DNA of 64,000 nucleotides from a bacterium (lineage in GTDB: Bacteria > Armatimonadota > Zipacnadia > Zipacnadales > UBA11051): positions 8,138 through 72,137 of the forward strand of contig JAUVVY010000019.1 in assembly GCA_030604405.1 (NCBI GenBank). Reading direction: 5' to 3'. Both the position numbers and the translations under genes were made by a program. Shown piece after piece: positions 29,151 to 38,177 of this stretch (position 1 is the stretch's first letter; each line of letters begins with the position of its first letter). The notes beneath the pieces are model-generated. The model saw only the letters and a program-made list of their open reading frames with translations, was not told where the DNA came from and did no database searches.

Positions 29151-30332
29151 CTATTCGCGGACACTCAACCACGTGCAGACTTGTTCTACTTTGCCTGTAT
29201 CAGCGATCTCCATCAGCCCGCGATAGACAGACTCGATGTCCGCGGGCTTGACCGTACGGCCGCCGAGGCCGTAGATGACGTTGTTTATCGGCACTGTCTG
29301 GCCGCCCGTGTACATGGCGGCTGCGATTTCGTGGAAAAGCGGCCCGCTACCGGCCCCGAAGGAAGCAGCGCGGTCCATCACACATACGGCCTTGCAGCCG
29401 GCCAATGCCGCAGCGATCTCCTCGCCGGGGAACGGCCGGAAGCAACGCAGTTTCAGCAGCCCGGCCTTGACGCCCTCGTCACGCAGCTTGTCCACCACGT
29501 CCTTTGCGGTTCCCGCCGCCGAACTCATCGCCACCACGGCGATGTCTGCATCGTCGAGGCCCAGAGTTTCCATCAGGCCGTACTCGCGGCCGAATGTCTC
29601 GCCGAAGCGCTTGCCCTCCTCAATGACGGCCTGTTTGGCCGCCGGATAGGCTTGCCACTGGCTGTATTTGTGCTCGATGTAGTAGTCGTAGAGGTCGATC
29701 GGGCCCATAGTGTAAGGGTTTTCGACATCCAGCAGCGGCTCATTGGGCTTATACGGGCCGATCCACTCGCGCACCGCCTCGTCGTCCTCGACCTCCAGCA
29801 TCTCATAGGAGTGGCTTACCAGGAAGCCGTCGAGGCAGCTCATAACCGGCAGCCGGACATCCATCCGCTCGCCGATGGCAACAGCCTGGATCAGGTTGTC
29901 GTAGCACTCCTGAACGTTTTCGGAGTAAAGCTGAATCCAGCCGGCGTCCCTGGTGCCCATGGTGTCGGAATGGTCGCAGTGGATGTTGATGTTGCCGGAA
30001 AGGGCGCGGTTGACGACGGTGAGGATGACCGGCTGGCGGAACGACGCGGTGATGTAAAGGATCTCCCACATCAGGGCCAGACCGTTGGCCGATGTTACGT
30101 TCATCACCCTGCCGCCGGCGGCAGCCGCAGCGGTACATGCGCTCATCGCAGAGTGCTCGGATTCGACGGCTACGTAGTTGGTATCAACTTCACCGTCGGC
30201 GACGAAATTGGCGAAGGTCTGTACTATCTCGGTGGAGGGCGTAATCGGATACGCGGCTACCACGTCCGGGTTGATCTGGCGCATGGCTTCAGCGACAGCC
30301 AGGTTGCCCTCCAGCGGCTGTAATTGTCCCAC
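29151..30332 (-). CDS. porA: Pyruvate:ferredoxin oxidoreductase alpha subunit
   Basis: AAYPITPSTEI, VESEHSAMS, TSANGL, DGFLVSH, FRPFP, YGLGGR. Confidence 0.95.
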   Translation of the reverse strand: MGQLQPLEGNLAVAEAMRQINPDVVAAYPITPSTEIVQTFANFVADGEVDTNYVAVESEHSAMSACTAAAAAGGRVMNVTSANGLALMWEILYITASFRQPVILTVVNRALSGNINIHCDHSDTMGTRDAGWIQLYSENVQECYDNLIQAVAIGERMDVRLPVMSCLDGFLVSHSYEMLEVEDDEAVREWIGPYKPNEPLLDVENPYTMGPIDLYDYYIEHKYSQWQAYPAAKQAVIEEGKRFGETFGREYGLMETLGLDDADIAVVAMSSAAGTAKDVVDKLRDEGVKAGLLKLRCFRPFPGEEIAAALAGCKAVCVMDRAASFGAGSGPLFHEIAAAMYTGGQTVPINNVIYGLGGRTVKPADIESVYRGLMEIADTGKVEQVCTWLSVRE

Positions 30333-30395
30333 AGGTGTGACCTCCTTGTGTCAGCTTGCAGGCTCTGGAGTCTCAGGCCAGAGCTATTGGTGGCC

Positions 30396-30710
30396 TTATT
30401 TGTCTTCCTCTTCGGGCATATCTCCGCCGGGCTGCATGGTGATGCAGTCTTTCGGGCAGACCTGAGCGCAGATGCCGCAGCCCTTGCAGTGCTTGGGGTC
30501 AAGAGCGACAACCTTCTGATCCTTGACGAGAACGGAATTGTCAGGGCAGTAGATCCAGCAGAAGAGACACTGGATGCAGCATTCATCATCGCGCACCGGG
30601 TGGGCGCTGCGCCACCCGCTGACGTCGTATTCTTCGGCGTTCCCCGCTTGAGGGATGACACCGCCGTCGGCCATTTCATGCCATTTCGCGTCCGGTGGGT
30701 AAACTCTCAT
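30396..30710 (-). CDS. porD: Pyruvate:ferredoxin oxidoreductase delta subunit (2x 4Fe-4S)
   Basis: GWRS..P, CIQCLFCWIYCP, CKGCGICAQVCP. Confidence 0.95.
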   Translation of the reverse strand: MRVYPPDAKWHEMADGGVIPQAGNAEEYDVSGWRSAHPVRDDECCIQCLFCWIYCPDNSVLVKDQKVVALDPKHCKGCGICAQVCPKDCITMQPGGDMPEEEDK

Positions 30711-31279
30711 GCTACCTGCACCTCCTCGTAAGCGCGCTGGATAGCTTGCTTGTTGCCTTCGACGACGGCGGGCGGGAGTTTTTCAGAGAGCTGTTTCTCG
30801 ACGGCTTTGAGGGTGGTTTCGAGGTCGAGCACATCACTGACCTTTGCCAGAGCGCCGAGCATGGGTGTGTTGGGCATCTCGCGCCCGATCGTGTCCACCG
30901 AGATGGCGCTTGCATCCACAGTGCACAGCTCGACATTGGGGTTTGCAAGCTCCTGCCTGATTTCGTCGGGGCTCTTGTCAGTGTTGATGATGATCAGGCC
31001 GCCATCAGCTAAGCCGTCGGTGACGTTTTCGGTCTCCAGCAGGCTCGAGTCGAGAACGACTACGATATCGGGGTTGTCAATGCTCGAGCGTAGTCTGATT
31101 GGCGCGTCCGAAATCCGGACGTAAGAGCGCATCGGCGCACCACGCCGTTCCGCCCCGTATTCAGGGAAGGCTTGCACATTCCAGCCTTGCCCGGCGGCGG
31201 CGATTGCCAGCACATAGCCGGCAGTCTTGGCGCCTTGTCCGCCGCGGCCATGCCAGCGGACTTCCGTCAAATTCGCCAT
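30707..31279 (-). CDS. porC: Pyruvate:ferredoxin oxidoreductase gamma subunit
   Basis: EVRWHGRGGQGAKTA, QAFPEYGAERRGAP, PNTPMLGA. Confidence 0.95.
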   Translation of the reverse strand: MANLTEVRWHGRGGQGAKTAGYVLAIAAAGQGWNVQAFPEYGAERRGAPMRSYVRISDAPIRLRSSIDNPDIVVVLDSSLLETENVTDGLADGGLIIINTDKSPDEIRQELANPNVELCTVDASAISVDTIGREMPNTPMLGALAKVSDVLDLETTLKAVEKQLSEKLPPAVVEGNKQAIQRAYEEVQVA

Positions 31280-31459
31280 GGTAGTCCTCCTTGAGGGTGG
31301 GTGCATGTAGGTCTGCTACAAGCTGCTGGAGACAGGCCACAAGGCCTGCCGTTGTTGGAATCTGTGTGAGCTTTCCGGCGCGACAGCGAAAACCGCCCGG
31401 CGGTCTCCGAACAGTTTAAGACCGGGCGGATCCAAAGTGCCTGGGCACTGCCACACAAT

Positions 31460-31488
31460 AGTCTATCACCAATTGCTTTCTCTGACAA
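31460..31488 (-). promoter_or_regulatory. Putative sigma70 promoter for the por operon
   Basis: Minus strand TTGTCA-N17-TAGACT with extended -10 TG. Confidence 0.55.
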
Positions 31489-31505
31489 CCGCTGAAGAAA
31501 CTGAG

Positions 31506-32111
31506 TTACTGCATTTCACGACGCCCGCTTAGCGCCCTGGCAATAGTCACCTGATCCTGGTAATCCAGGTCGGCTCCGACGGGCAGGCCGAGCGCGATGC
31601 GGGTGACGACGACACCCGGATATTGCTGCAATAACTGCCGGATATGCTCGGCAGTGGCATCGCCCTCCACCGAAGGGCTGGTGGCGAGGATCACCTCGCG
31701 GATACCATCCTGAGACACGCGGTCGAGCAGGCTATCAATGTTGAGATCACCTGGGCCGATGCCCTCCAGCGGGGAAAGCACCCCGGCCAGGACGTGGTAG
31801 CTGCCTCGGTACTCGCCGGAGCGCTCCAGGGCCATCAGATCGGATACTTCAGCCACGACGCAGATTGTGGTCCGATCGCGGGCCGGATCGTCGCAGATCG
31901 GGCACAGTTCGCCTTCGGTGTAGTTGTGGCAGACCTGGCAGCGGCCGATGCCATTAGGCAGGGAGCCGATCGCCTCCCCGAGCGCACGGGCGGCCTCTGG
32001 CCCGCTGCGCAGGATGTAAAAGGCCAGTCGCTGGGCGCTCTTTGGGCCGATGCCAGGAAGTCGCTGCAACTCTTCGATAACTCTTTGTAACGGCCGGGCG
32101 TATTGCAACAT
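31506..32111 (-). CDS. recR: Recombination protein RecR
   Basis: LPGIGPKSAQRLAF, C4 zinc finger, Toprim YHVL.G.LSP, EGDATA. Confidence 0.97.
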   Translation of the reverse strand: MLQYARPLQRVIEELQRLPGIGPKSAQRLAFYILRSGPEAARALGEAIGSLPNGIGRCQVCHNYTEGELCPICDDPARDRTTICVVAEVSDLMALERSGEYRGSYHVLAGVLSPLEGIGPGDLNIDSLLDRVSQDGIREVILATSPSVEGDATAEHIRQLLQQYPGVVVTRIALGLPVGADLDYQDQVTIARALSGRREMQ

Positions 32112-32127
32112 GATTATCGGGTCTCTG

Positions 32128-32457
32128 CTAGAACCAGTCAGGTATTCCAATGCCCATCTGGCCCAGCGGAGTTGCCTGGATAATCCTCTCTTTCTTGAGC
32201 GCCATCGCTTTGCTCATAACTTCGCGCACCGCGGCGGTAACCAGGTCCTGCAGCAGCTCTATGTCTTCGGGGTCAACAACGGCCGGGTCAATAACCACCT
32301 CAATAAGCTCGCCGTTGCCGGTCGCCCTGGCGGTCACCACGCCGCCGCCGGCAGTGGCCTCGACGGTAGTTGCAGCCAACTCCGCCAGGGCCTGCTGCAT
32401 CTTCTCCCGCATCCCGCCTAGTTGCGCCTCGATCAGCTTCTGGAAGGGATTCAACAT
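32128..32457 (-). CDS. ybaB: YbaB/EbfC nucleoid-associated protein
   Basis: VEATAGGGVVTA..TG, IDP...EDIELLQDLVTAAV; dnaX-ybaB-recR synteny. Confidence 0.95.
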   Translation of the reverse strand: MLNPFQKLIEAQLGGMREKMQQALAELAATTVEATAGGGVVTARATGNGELIEVVIDPAVVDPEDIELLQDLVTAAVREVMSKAMALKKERIIQATPLGQMGIGIPDWF

Positions 32458-32482
32458 TTTGCTTACTCCCCAATGTGGCTTT

Positions 32483-34216
32483 CTATTGGTCGGGCTCTTG
32501 CTGATCGGTGACTTCTTCACTGCCCGCAAACAGGCTCAGGGTCTGTGCCACGGCCTGCTCAGGCGTCATGGGCGCTTGTTCATCAGCCTGGGGCTTCTCT
32601 TGCGTATCTGCCTGCTGCGGTTCAACCGGTGTGGGCGACTCCGGCTCCTGCGTCTGGGCGGCCGGCTCATCGGCAGCGGGACCGGGTTCGGGCGCAGGTG
32701 GTACAGAGCCTGTCCGAGCCGCCTCGACCTGGCGCTTTAACTCGTCAGGGTCGTCGAAAAGACGGCACTCTATGCTCAGCTTGCGGCCGCAGAGACGACC
32801 GGCGGCTTCCTCAACCGCGCTCTTGTAATCGTCTTCGATCTTCCTGTAGTGGAATTGGGCGTGAAAGCCGATGGTGAGTATGTCGTTTTCAAATGCAACC
32901 GGGCTGCCTTCACGCAAAATGGCGCCAACCGGCATGTGGCCCATCCGCTTGAGTTCATCGGGCATGCGATCCCAAATCTGGACAATCAGTGGCAAACTGA
33001 GTTCCTGGCCCTCGGCGACCACAGGATGAGCTGCCGGTGGCTCAGGCGGGGCGGGAGGCTGGGCCTCCGCCTGCGTAGGACGTGCGGCGGGCTGCTGCTG
33101 GCTGGGCTGCGCAGATGGTTGGACAAGCTCCGGGGGGCGGGTGAGCTGGGCCAGGCCCACCTCCACCAGCAACGCATGCTGGGAACTGCGCTTGAGCTGG
33201 GTCTGCAACTCGGCCAGCGTCTTGACCGCATCCAGCAGCTTGTCCTCGCCCAGTGCCTCAGCCTGAGTCTGCATCTGCTCGGTCGCCTCGGCGGACATGC
33301 GCAGCCCCTCGGCCGCATCACCGGCGATCCGCAACCGCAGCAGATCGCGCAGGTAGATAGTAAGATCCTCTACCAGCCGCACCAGGTCCTTGCCTTCTGC
33401 GATGGCCTGGTCCACAGAGGCGAAGCAGGCTGCGACATCGCCACTGATGATCTCGTTGGTGATGCGGCTGAGCAGCTCGCGGTCGGTGACGCCGAGCACC
33501 TCGTTCACCACATCGAGGCTGATGGGGCCGTCGGCATAGGCGACGACCTGGTCGAATATGCTCTGGGCGTCACGTATGGCGCCGTCGGCGGCATGAGCTA
33601 TTGCCCTCAGCGCGGCGTCATCGGCCTCGACTTGCTCCTGGTCGGCGATTATGCGCAGCGACGCGATGATGTCGGCCAGTGTAATAGAGCGGAACTCAAA
33701 ATGCTGGCAGCGGGAAAGGATCGTCGGAATTATCTTGTTCGCCTCAGTGGTCAGCAACATGAATACTACGTGGTCGGGCGGCTCTTCGAGCGTCTTGAGT
33801 AGCGCGTTGTTGGCTTCGGGTGTTAGCTGGTGGGCCTCATCGAGAATGTAGATCTTGTAGCGCCCCTCGGCAGGAGCAAACTTTACCTTCTCGCGAAGGT
33901 CGCGGATATCGTCAATGCCCCGGTTCGATGCCGCGTCCATTTCGATTGTGTCCATGGCATTGCCGGCAATAATGGCCTTGCACATGTCACATTCGCCGCA
34001 GGGCTCGGGAGTAGGGCCTTTTTCGCAGTTGAGCGCGGCAGCCAGAATGCGAGCGGTGGAGGTCTTACCGGTGCCCCGGGGGCCGGTGAAAAGGTACGCG
34101 TGGGCGACACGGTCGCTGGCCAGAGCGTTCTTCAGGGTCTTGGCGATGTGCTGTTGGCCGATGACGTCGTCAAAGCGCTTGGGGCGATACTTGAGACTGA
34201 AAGAGACGTAGGGCAT
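32483..34216 (-). CDS. dnaX: DNA polymerase III subunit gamma/tau
   Basis: KYRP..F.DVIGQ, GPRGTGKTS, EMDAASNRG, DEAH, LLKTLEEPP, SRCQ. Confidence 0.97.
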   Translation of the reverse strand: MPYVSFSLKYRPKRFDDVIGQQHIAKTLKNALASDRVAHAYLFTGPRGTGKTSTARILAAALNCEKGPTPEPCGECDMCKAIIAGNAMDTIEMDAASNRGIDDIRDLREKVKFAPAEGRYKIYILDEAHQLTPEANNALLKTLEEPPDHVVFMLLTTEANKIIPTILSRCQHFEFRSITLADIIASLRIIADQEQVEADDAALRAIAHAADGAIRDAQSIFDQVVAYADGPISLDVVNEVLGVTDRELLSRITNEIISGDVAACFASVDQAIAEGKDLVRLVEDLTIYLRDLLRLRIAGDAAEGLRMSAEATEQMQTQAEALGEDKLLDAVKTLAELQTQLKRSSQHALLVEVGLAQLTRPPELVQPSAQPSQQQPAARPTQAEAQPPAPPEPPAAHPVVAEGQELSLPLIVQIWDRMPDELKRMGHMPVGAILREGSPVAFENDILTIGFHAQFHYRKIEDDYKSAVEEAAGRLCGRKLSIECRLFDDPDELKRQVEAARTGSVPPAPEPGPAADEPAAQTQEPESPTPVEPQQADTQEKPQADEQAPMTPEQAVAQTLSLFAGSEEVTDQQEPDQ

Positions 34217-34320
34217 ATATGAACGCTCCACTGTTTGCTCGTCTGGCCCGAATCCGACAATTACAGGACATCGTCGAGCGATTCGGAGTACGCGACAGGC
34301 AAAGGGATGGTTTGCTTAAT

Positions 34321-34588
34321 GGCCGCGCACCCACCTTCGATAGCGCAGGCCAGGCGTTACTCAGGTGGCTTGCTCCGGCCAGGCGGTCCGCGGCACAACA
34401 AGCTTACTGCCTACCGCTGCTTCCTTTCGGACCTGACGGAGTTCAGCAGGGCTCGTTTGCGCGGGGCCCGGCCTTCAACACCGCCCGCCTGAGGCAGACC
34501 CTAGACTGCGAAACCTCTAGTGGGAATTGTACCCCTCTATGGCGGATTGAGGGTTCAGGATACCGCCAGCCTCCCGTCTAGCGCGGCC
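34321..34588 (-). ncRNA. ffs: Signal recognition particle RNA, large (Alu-domain, Bacillus scr-type)
   Basis: Helix 8 motif CCGTCAGGTCCGAAAGGAAGCAGCGG; 5' GGCCGCGCTAGACGGGAGG...AATCCGC Alu-like; paired ends; upstream of dnaX. Confidence 0.93.
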
Positions 34589-34702
34589 AAAATCAATATC
34601 GCGTCAAAGATCACCTGATCAAGCATTACACAATGCCTCATTGCACAGTACGAGCATTCGGCGTCAGAGTGCTGATACCTCTAGTCGGCTGTGAAAGTTG
34701 TG

Positions 34703-34792
34703 TGGCGGAGAGGGTGGGATTCGAACCCACGTGCCCCTTGCGGGACAACGCGCTCTCCAGGCGCGCACCTTCGGCCGCTCGGTCACCTCTCC
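34703..34792 (-). tRNA. tRNA-Ser(GGA)
   Basis: Cloverleaf, anticodon arm CGCGC-CTGGAGA-GCGCG, long variable arm, CCA. Confidence 0.95.
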
Positions 34793-34851
34793 GGCAGTCT
34801 GCGACTTCGCCGCAGTCACGACTCAGGACTGCATGCCCGTTGCAAATCTTG

Positions 34852-34943
34852 TGGCGGAGAGGGTGGGATTCGAACCCACGAACGGGGGTGAACCCGTTAC
34901 ACGATTTCGAGTCGTGCGCATTCATCCGCTCTGCCACCTCTCC
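34852..34943 (-). tRNA. tRNA-Ser(CGA)
   Basis: Anticodon arm CACGA-CTCGAAA-TCGTG, long variable arm, CCA. Confidence 0.95.
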
Positions 34944-34956
34944 GCAAACTTTGTGC

Positions 34957-35033
34957 TGGCGCCCCCGGCCTGATTCGAACAGGCGGCCTTCAACTTAGGA
35001 GGTTGCTGCTCTATCCAGCTGAGCTACGGGGGC
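34957..35033 (-). tRNA. tRNA-Arg(CCT)
   Basis: Anticodon loop CTCCTAA, GTTCGAATC T-loop, CCA. Confidence 0.93.
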
Positions 35034-35105
35034 GCACCAACCTCGGATTGCCCTTACGCTTTCTGGAACCTTGACCTACCCGAAAGGTGTATCAAGAAGA
35101 ACACG

Positions 35106-35127
35106 AGTCGGGCTGCAAGCCCGACTT
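35106..35127. repeat. Single REP-like hairpin
   Basis: AGTCGGGCT-gca-AGCCCGACT, same family as 20469-20491 and 44502-44571. Confidence 0.55.
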
Positions 35128-35188
35128 GTGGTGCAAAGCGTGAAATATGGCGTTTCGGTCGCTAGCAGACCATGTCAGCATTTTGTAA

Positions 35189-35264
35189 TGGCGCGCCCGC
35201 CGTGATTCGAACACGGGACTTCTGCCTCCGCAGGGCAGCGCTCTATCCACTGAGCTACGGACGC
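35189..35264 (-). tRNA. tRNA-Arg(GCG)
   Basis: Anticodon arm CTGCC-CTGCGGA-GGCAG, CCA. Confidence 0.93.
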
Positions 35265-35342
35265 GCTACTTTGCACACAACGGTTCTGGCACTTCGTCGC
35301 CTGGCGGTCAAGACCCGCTGCCGAACCGAAGAGGCTTGCTGC

Positions 35343-35418
35343 TGGTACGCCCGCCGTGATTCGAACACGGGACTTCTTGCTCCGGAGGCAAGCGCTCTAT
35401 CCACTGAGCTACGGGCGC
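35343..35418 (-). tRNA. tRNA-Arg(CCG)
   Basis: Anticodon arm CTTGC-CTCCGGA-GCAAG, CCA. Confidence 0.95.
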
Positions 35419-35476
35419 ACTGAAAAGTAGTTCTGCGCAATTGGCCATCAGACAACTCAAAGAGCTTTCTTTCCAG

Positions 35477-35570
35477 TGGCGGAGAGGGCGGGATTCGAAC
35501 CCGCGATGGAGCTATAAACCCCATAGTCGCTTAGCAGGCGACCGCCTTAAGCCATCTCGGCCACCTCTCC
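35477..35570 (-). tRNA. tRNA-Ser(GCT)
   Basis: Anticodon arm GTCGC-CTGCTAA-GCGAC, long variable arm, CCA. Confidence 0.95.
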
Positions 35571-35582
35571 GCGCAGGACATC

Positions 35583-35611
35583 AGTCTATCATAAAACCAC
35601 GGCCAATTCAA
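35583..35611 (-). promoter_or_regulatory. Putative sigma70 promoter for the tRNA cluster
   Basis: Minus strand TTGAAT-N17-TAGACT with extended -10 TG, just upstream of tRNA-Ser(GCT). Confidence 0.65.
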
Positions 35612-35736
35612 GCACTGGATGATGCAAGCCGTGTACAGTCTGCCTGCAAGTTACATGCCGCGCGGCCCACGGCAACAGTGCTGTTGGGCGTGGGGGGGCT
35701 GAAGATGAGTGGCTCGGGCCTTGGCGGCTCTGAAGG

Positions 35737-36750
35737 CTATGGCAGGAGCCTGCGCAAGTGGGTACGAGCTTCGTCGCAGTGGTGGCAGAGCTCGAGGCCG
35801 TCAAGGCGGCCGCTTCTCAACTGCTCCCGAAGCCTGTGGAGCGGCTCTGAGTTCCAGATCTCCTCCAAAGTTTGCTCTGGCACTTTGCCCAGCCGCATGG
35901 TGCAGTCCATGTCATAGCAACAGGGCGCAACCTGCCCATCGGAGCACACCACAAGCGTCCGCCAGGGCCAAGCGCACGGGGTAGTGAAATACCAGGGGTC
36001 GGCGGCCGGCCTGTCAATCTGGCCCGCCCAGTTAGTGAATGGCTTGATGACGATTTGCACGTTCTGCGCGGAGTTGGTGTAACGCTCCCAGCGGGCCCGG
36101 AATGTCTCGATCTCCGCTGCAGTGTCGGCGGTCCGAATTATTTGCAGCCCGATGGTGGGCAAGTGCCTGGGTCGCGCGGCGTTGGCTTCCAGAAGGCACT
36201 CAACATTGTGCACCAGCATGTCCCACCTCTTACTGCCGTGCATGCTTCGGTAGATCATTTCGCTTGTCGCGTCCATCGCTATCCCCAGCCAGGTGAGCTT
36301 TGAGTCCAGCAGGGCCTCTACCTTGTCCTCGTCCAACAGCAGAGCATTGGTGCTGGTCGAGAGGCCACGCATGGGGTCACGCTGCTCGCCCAGCTTGCGC
36401 AGATTTGGCACGCGGCTGCCAATCTGTTCGATCATATCTATGATACGCGGGTGCATGAGCGGGTCCCCAAAGAAGTGTAAGATGACCAGCTCCAGCTCTT
36501 CCCGCTCGTCATGCCTGGCGAGTTCCTCAACCACCGGCTCGAATATCTCCGGTGGCATATCGCCCGCTTGACGCTTCATCTTGTCGCGGGGGCAGATGGG
36601 ACAGCGCAGGTTGCAGCGGCTGGTAGTCTCCACAATGACAACCCGGGGGAAGCTGTCGGGCTTGAGCTTCTTCAGCCAGGTATAACCGCGCGCAGTCAGT
36701 GGAGCCAGGAGGCGACATATCGCGTTCTGCTGTTGCATATCGCCCGGCAT
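35737..36750 (-). CDS. Radical SAM protein with SPASM/twitch domain
   Basis: CNLRCPIC; C-terminal CAWPW...DGQVAPCC...G....LEEIWNS...CHHC; ATG 36750 with GGAGG. Confidence 0.92.
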   Translation of the reverse strand: MPGDMQQQNAICRLLAPLTARGYTWLKKLKPDSFPRVVIVETTSRCNLRCPICPRDKMKRQAGDMPPEIFEPVVEELARHDEREELELVILHFFGDPLMHPRIIDMIEQIGSRVPNLRKLGEQRDPMRGLSTSTNALLLDEDKVEALLDSKLTWLGIAMDATSEMIYRSMHGSKRWDMLVHNVECLLEANAARPRHLPTIGLQIIRTADTAAEIETFRARWERYTNSAQNVQIVIKPFTNWAGQIDRPAADPWYFTTPCAWPWRTLVVCSDGQVAPCCYDMDCTMRLGKVPEQTLEEIWNSEPLHRLREQLRSGRLDGLELCHHCDEARTHLRRLLP

Positions 36751-36850
36751 TGGTATGTTCCTCCGTCTTGCCGATGCCAGAGAGTTACCTACCACTGACA
36801 TGCGTAGGTAACTGGGAGGCCGTGTGCCGGCGTGCGGTTGAGCAGATGCC

Positions 36851-38044
36851 TTACTCAGGGACAGTGACCTGCGGCGGGAAAATCCAGTCCAGGTATTTGC
36901 CAGCCACGTCGGCGGCCACAGTGTCATCTTCGTGGACATACAGGCGGAAGCGGAAACACAGCGAATGGCCTGCAGGCAGTGCATAGTCGCCGCGTTTGGC
37001 GGGGTCATCGGTGAAGTCGTGCAGGCCCCACTGGTTGGCGGTGAAAAGCCCGTATGAGCGCACGTGCCAGGTAGTCGGATAGCGCAGATTGGTCGGATGG
37101 TCCATGATCGTGACGCCGCAGACCCGGCCCTCGACGGGGCCGTAGTAGTCAACCCATGGCGCCGACTTGCCCCAGTTTTCTGCCTCACCAATTGCGCCAA
37201 AGGCATTCTGGATGCTGCCGCCTTCGCGCTCCTCCATGCTTTCCTTAAGCCTAATCGAAACCGTGCCGGCTTCCTTTGTATCGCCGAAGAACACGCCGCC
37301 CTCAGTCGCGCTCCAGACCGTTGTGAAATCAAAAATGCGGGCGGTATCGGGCGTGTTGTAAACCCTGATGAACGTGTGTTCTTCCAGGATCTTGGCACCT
37401 TTGTTGTCAACCCAGTCATTGGCGGCGTGGAGCTGAGCGAAGAGCGGCCCCTGGCTTTCGACGGTCAGCTCGCGGTTGACCGTGCGGCCATGGCCCTTTT
37501 CTTCGGACCAGTTATCTGTGCCGTTGACATCCCCCTGCGCCACCCAGATGCCCTTGTGGTGGACATGGTCAGTGTCCTCTTTGGGCGGGAAGCTGACCTC
37601 GCGCGCAATGTCGAACCCGCCCGGGCCGATGACCGGGTAGCAAAACGGTCTGGCGATGCCCTCCCTGACAACATAGCTGGTAAACAGATCATTGCCCACG
37701 CAAATGTCCGCTTGCTCGTTTGCCTTGACGTTGACAGCAACACCGGCAGCCTCGCTCGCTTCCTCAGCGGCGCCGATGGCAAAAACAGCGGTTTCACCCG
37801 CGTCAAGATGCTCTATCTGCCATACCAGTTCTCCGGCGGATCCATCTGCGGTGGGCAGGGCGGAAGTGAGGCACTGGCTGGGGATTACTCCGCCCTCATT
37901 GCCATTCTCGTCAACCGGGCGCACAGTATGGGCGGACGTACAGCCGGCCAGATGGCATGGCAAGGACACAAACACATTGTTGCGCTGATGCGGGCCGGCG
38001 TTGACCTGAACGATATGCTTGCTGCAACCACAATCGCGGCACAT
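36851..38044 (-). CDS. DUF6807 / so-called PmoA-family beta-sandwich protein (not a methane monooxygenase)
   Basis: RPFCYPV.GP, DHVHHKGIW, GDTKE, DHPTN.RYPT.WHVR.YGL..AN. Confidence 0.75.
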   Translation of the reverse strand: MCRDCGCSKHIVQVNAGPHQRNNVFVSLPCHLAGCTSAHTVRPVDENGNEGGVIPSQCLTSALPTADGSAGELVWQIEHLDAGETAVFAIGAAEEASEAAGVAVNVKANEQADICVGNDLFTSYVVREGIARPFCYPVIGPGGFDIAREVSFPPKEDTDHVHHKGIWVAQGDVNGTDNWSEEKGHGRTVNRELTVESQGPLFAQLHAANDWVDNKGAKILEEHTFIRVYNTPDTARIFDFTTVWSATEGGVFFGDTKEAGTVSIRLKESMEEREGGSIQNAFGAIGEAENWGKSAPWVDYYGPVEGRVCGVTIMDHPTNLRYPTTWHVRSYGLFTANQWGLHDFTDDPAKRGDYALPAGHSLCFRFRLYVHEDDTVAADVAGKYLDWIFPPQVTVPE

Positions 38045-38177
38045 TTGTAGGCCTCCTGAACGGCGCGTATTCATGAATTATCTACGGCAAAGCGAAATCC
38101 GCAGACCGCTGCCCTATGCTATTCTCGGTGATGAGCGTGAGCACCTTCGTACAAGCGATGACGGCATTGCAGCAAAC

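Noticed and set aside
32483-34216. Programmed frameshift in dnaX
   Set aside because: No A6G or long poly-A slippery site noticed after domain III
34703-35570. Prophage or island integrated at the tRNA cluster; CRISPR array
   Set aside because: No integrase or duplicated att end; the similar segments are complete tRNAs; no regularly spaced direct repeats seen in the window
35737-36750. RiPP cluster around the rSAM/SPASM gene
   Set aside because: No precursor peptide, PqqD domain, peptidase or exporter is adjacent
36751-37419. N-terminal extension of the 560-aa radical SAM ORF
   Set aside because: Overlaps the DUF6807 gene out of frame; the real start is ATG 36750 with an RBS
36851-38044. 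Methane monooxygenase
   Set aside because: Soluble protein of the misleadingly named PmoA family; no TMs and no pmoB/C
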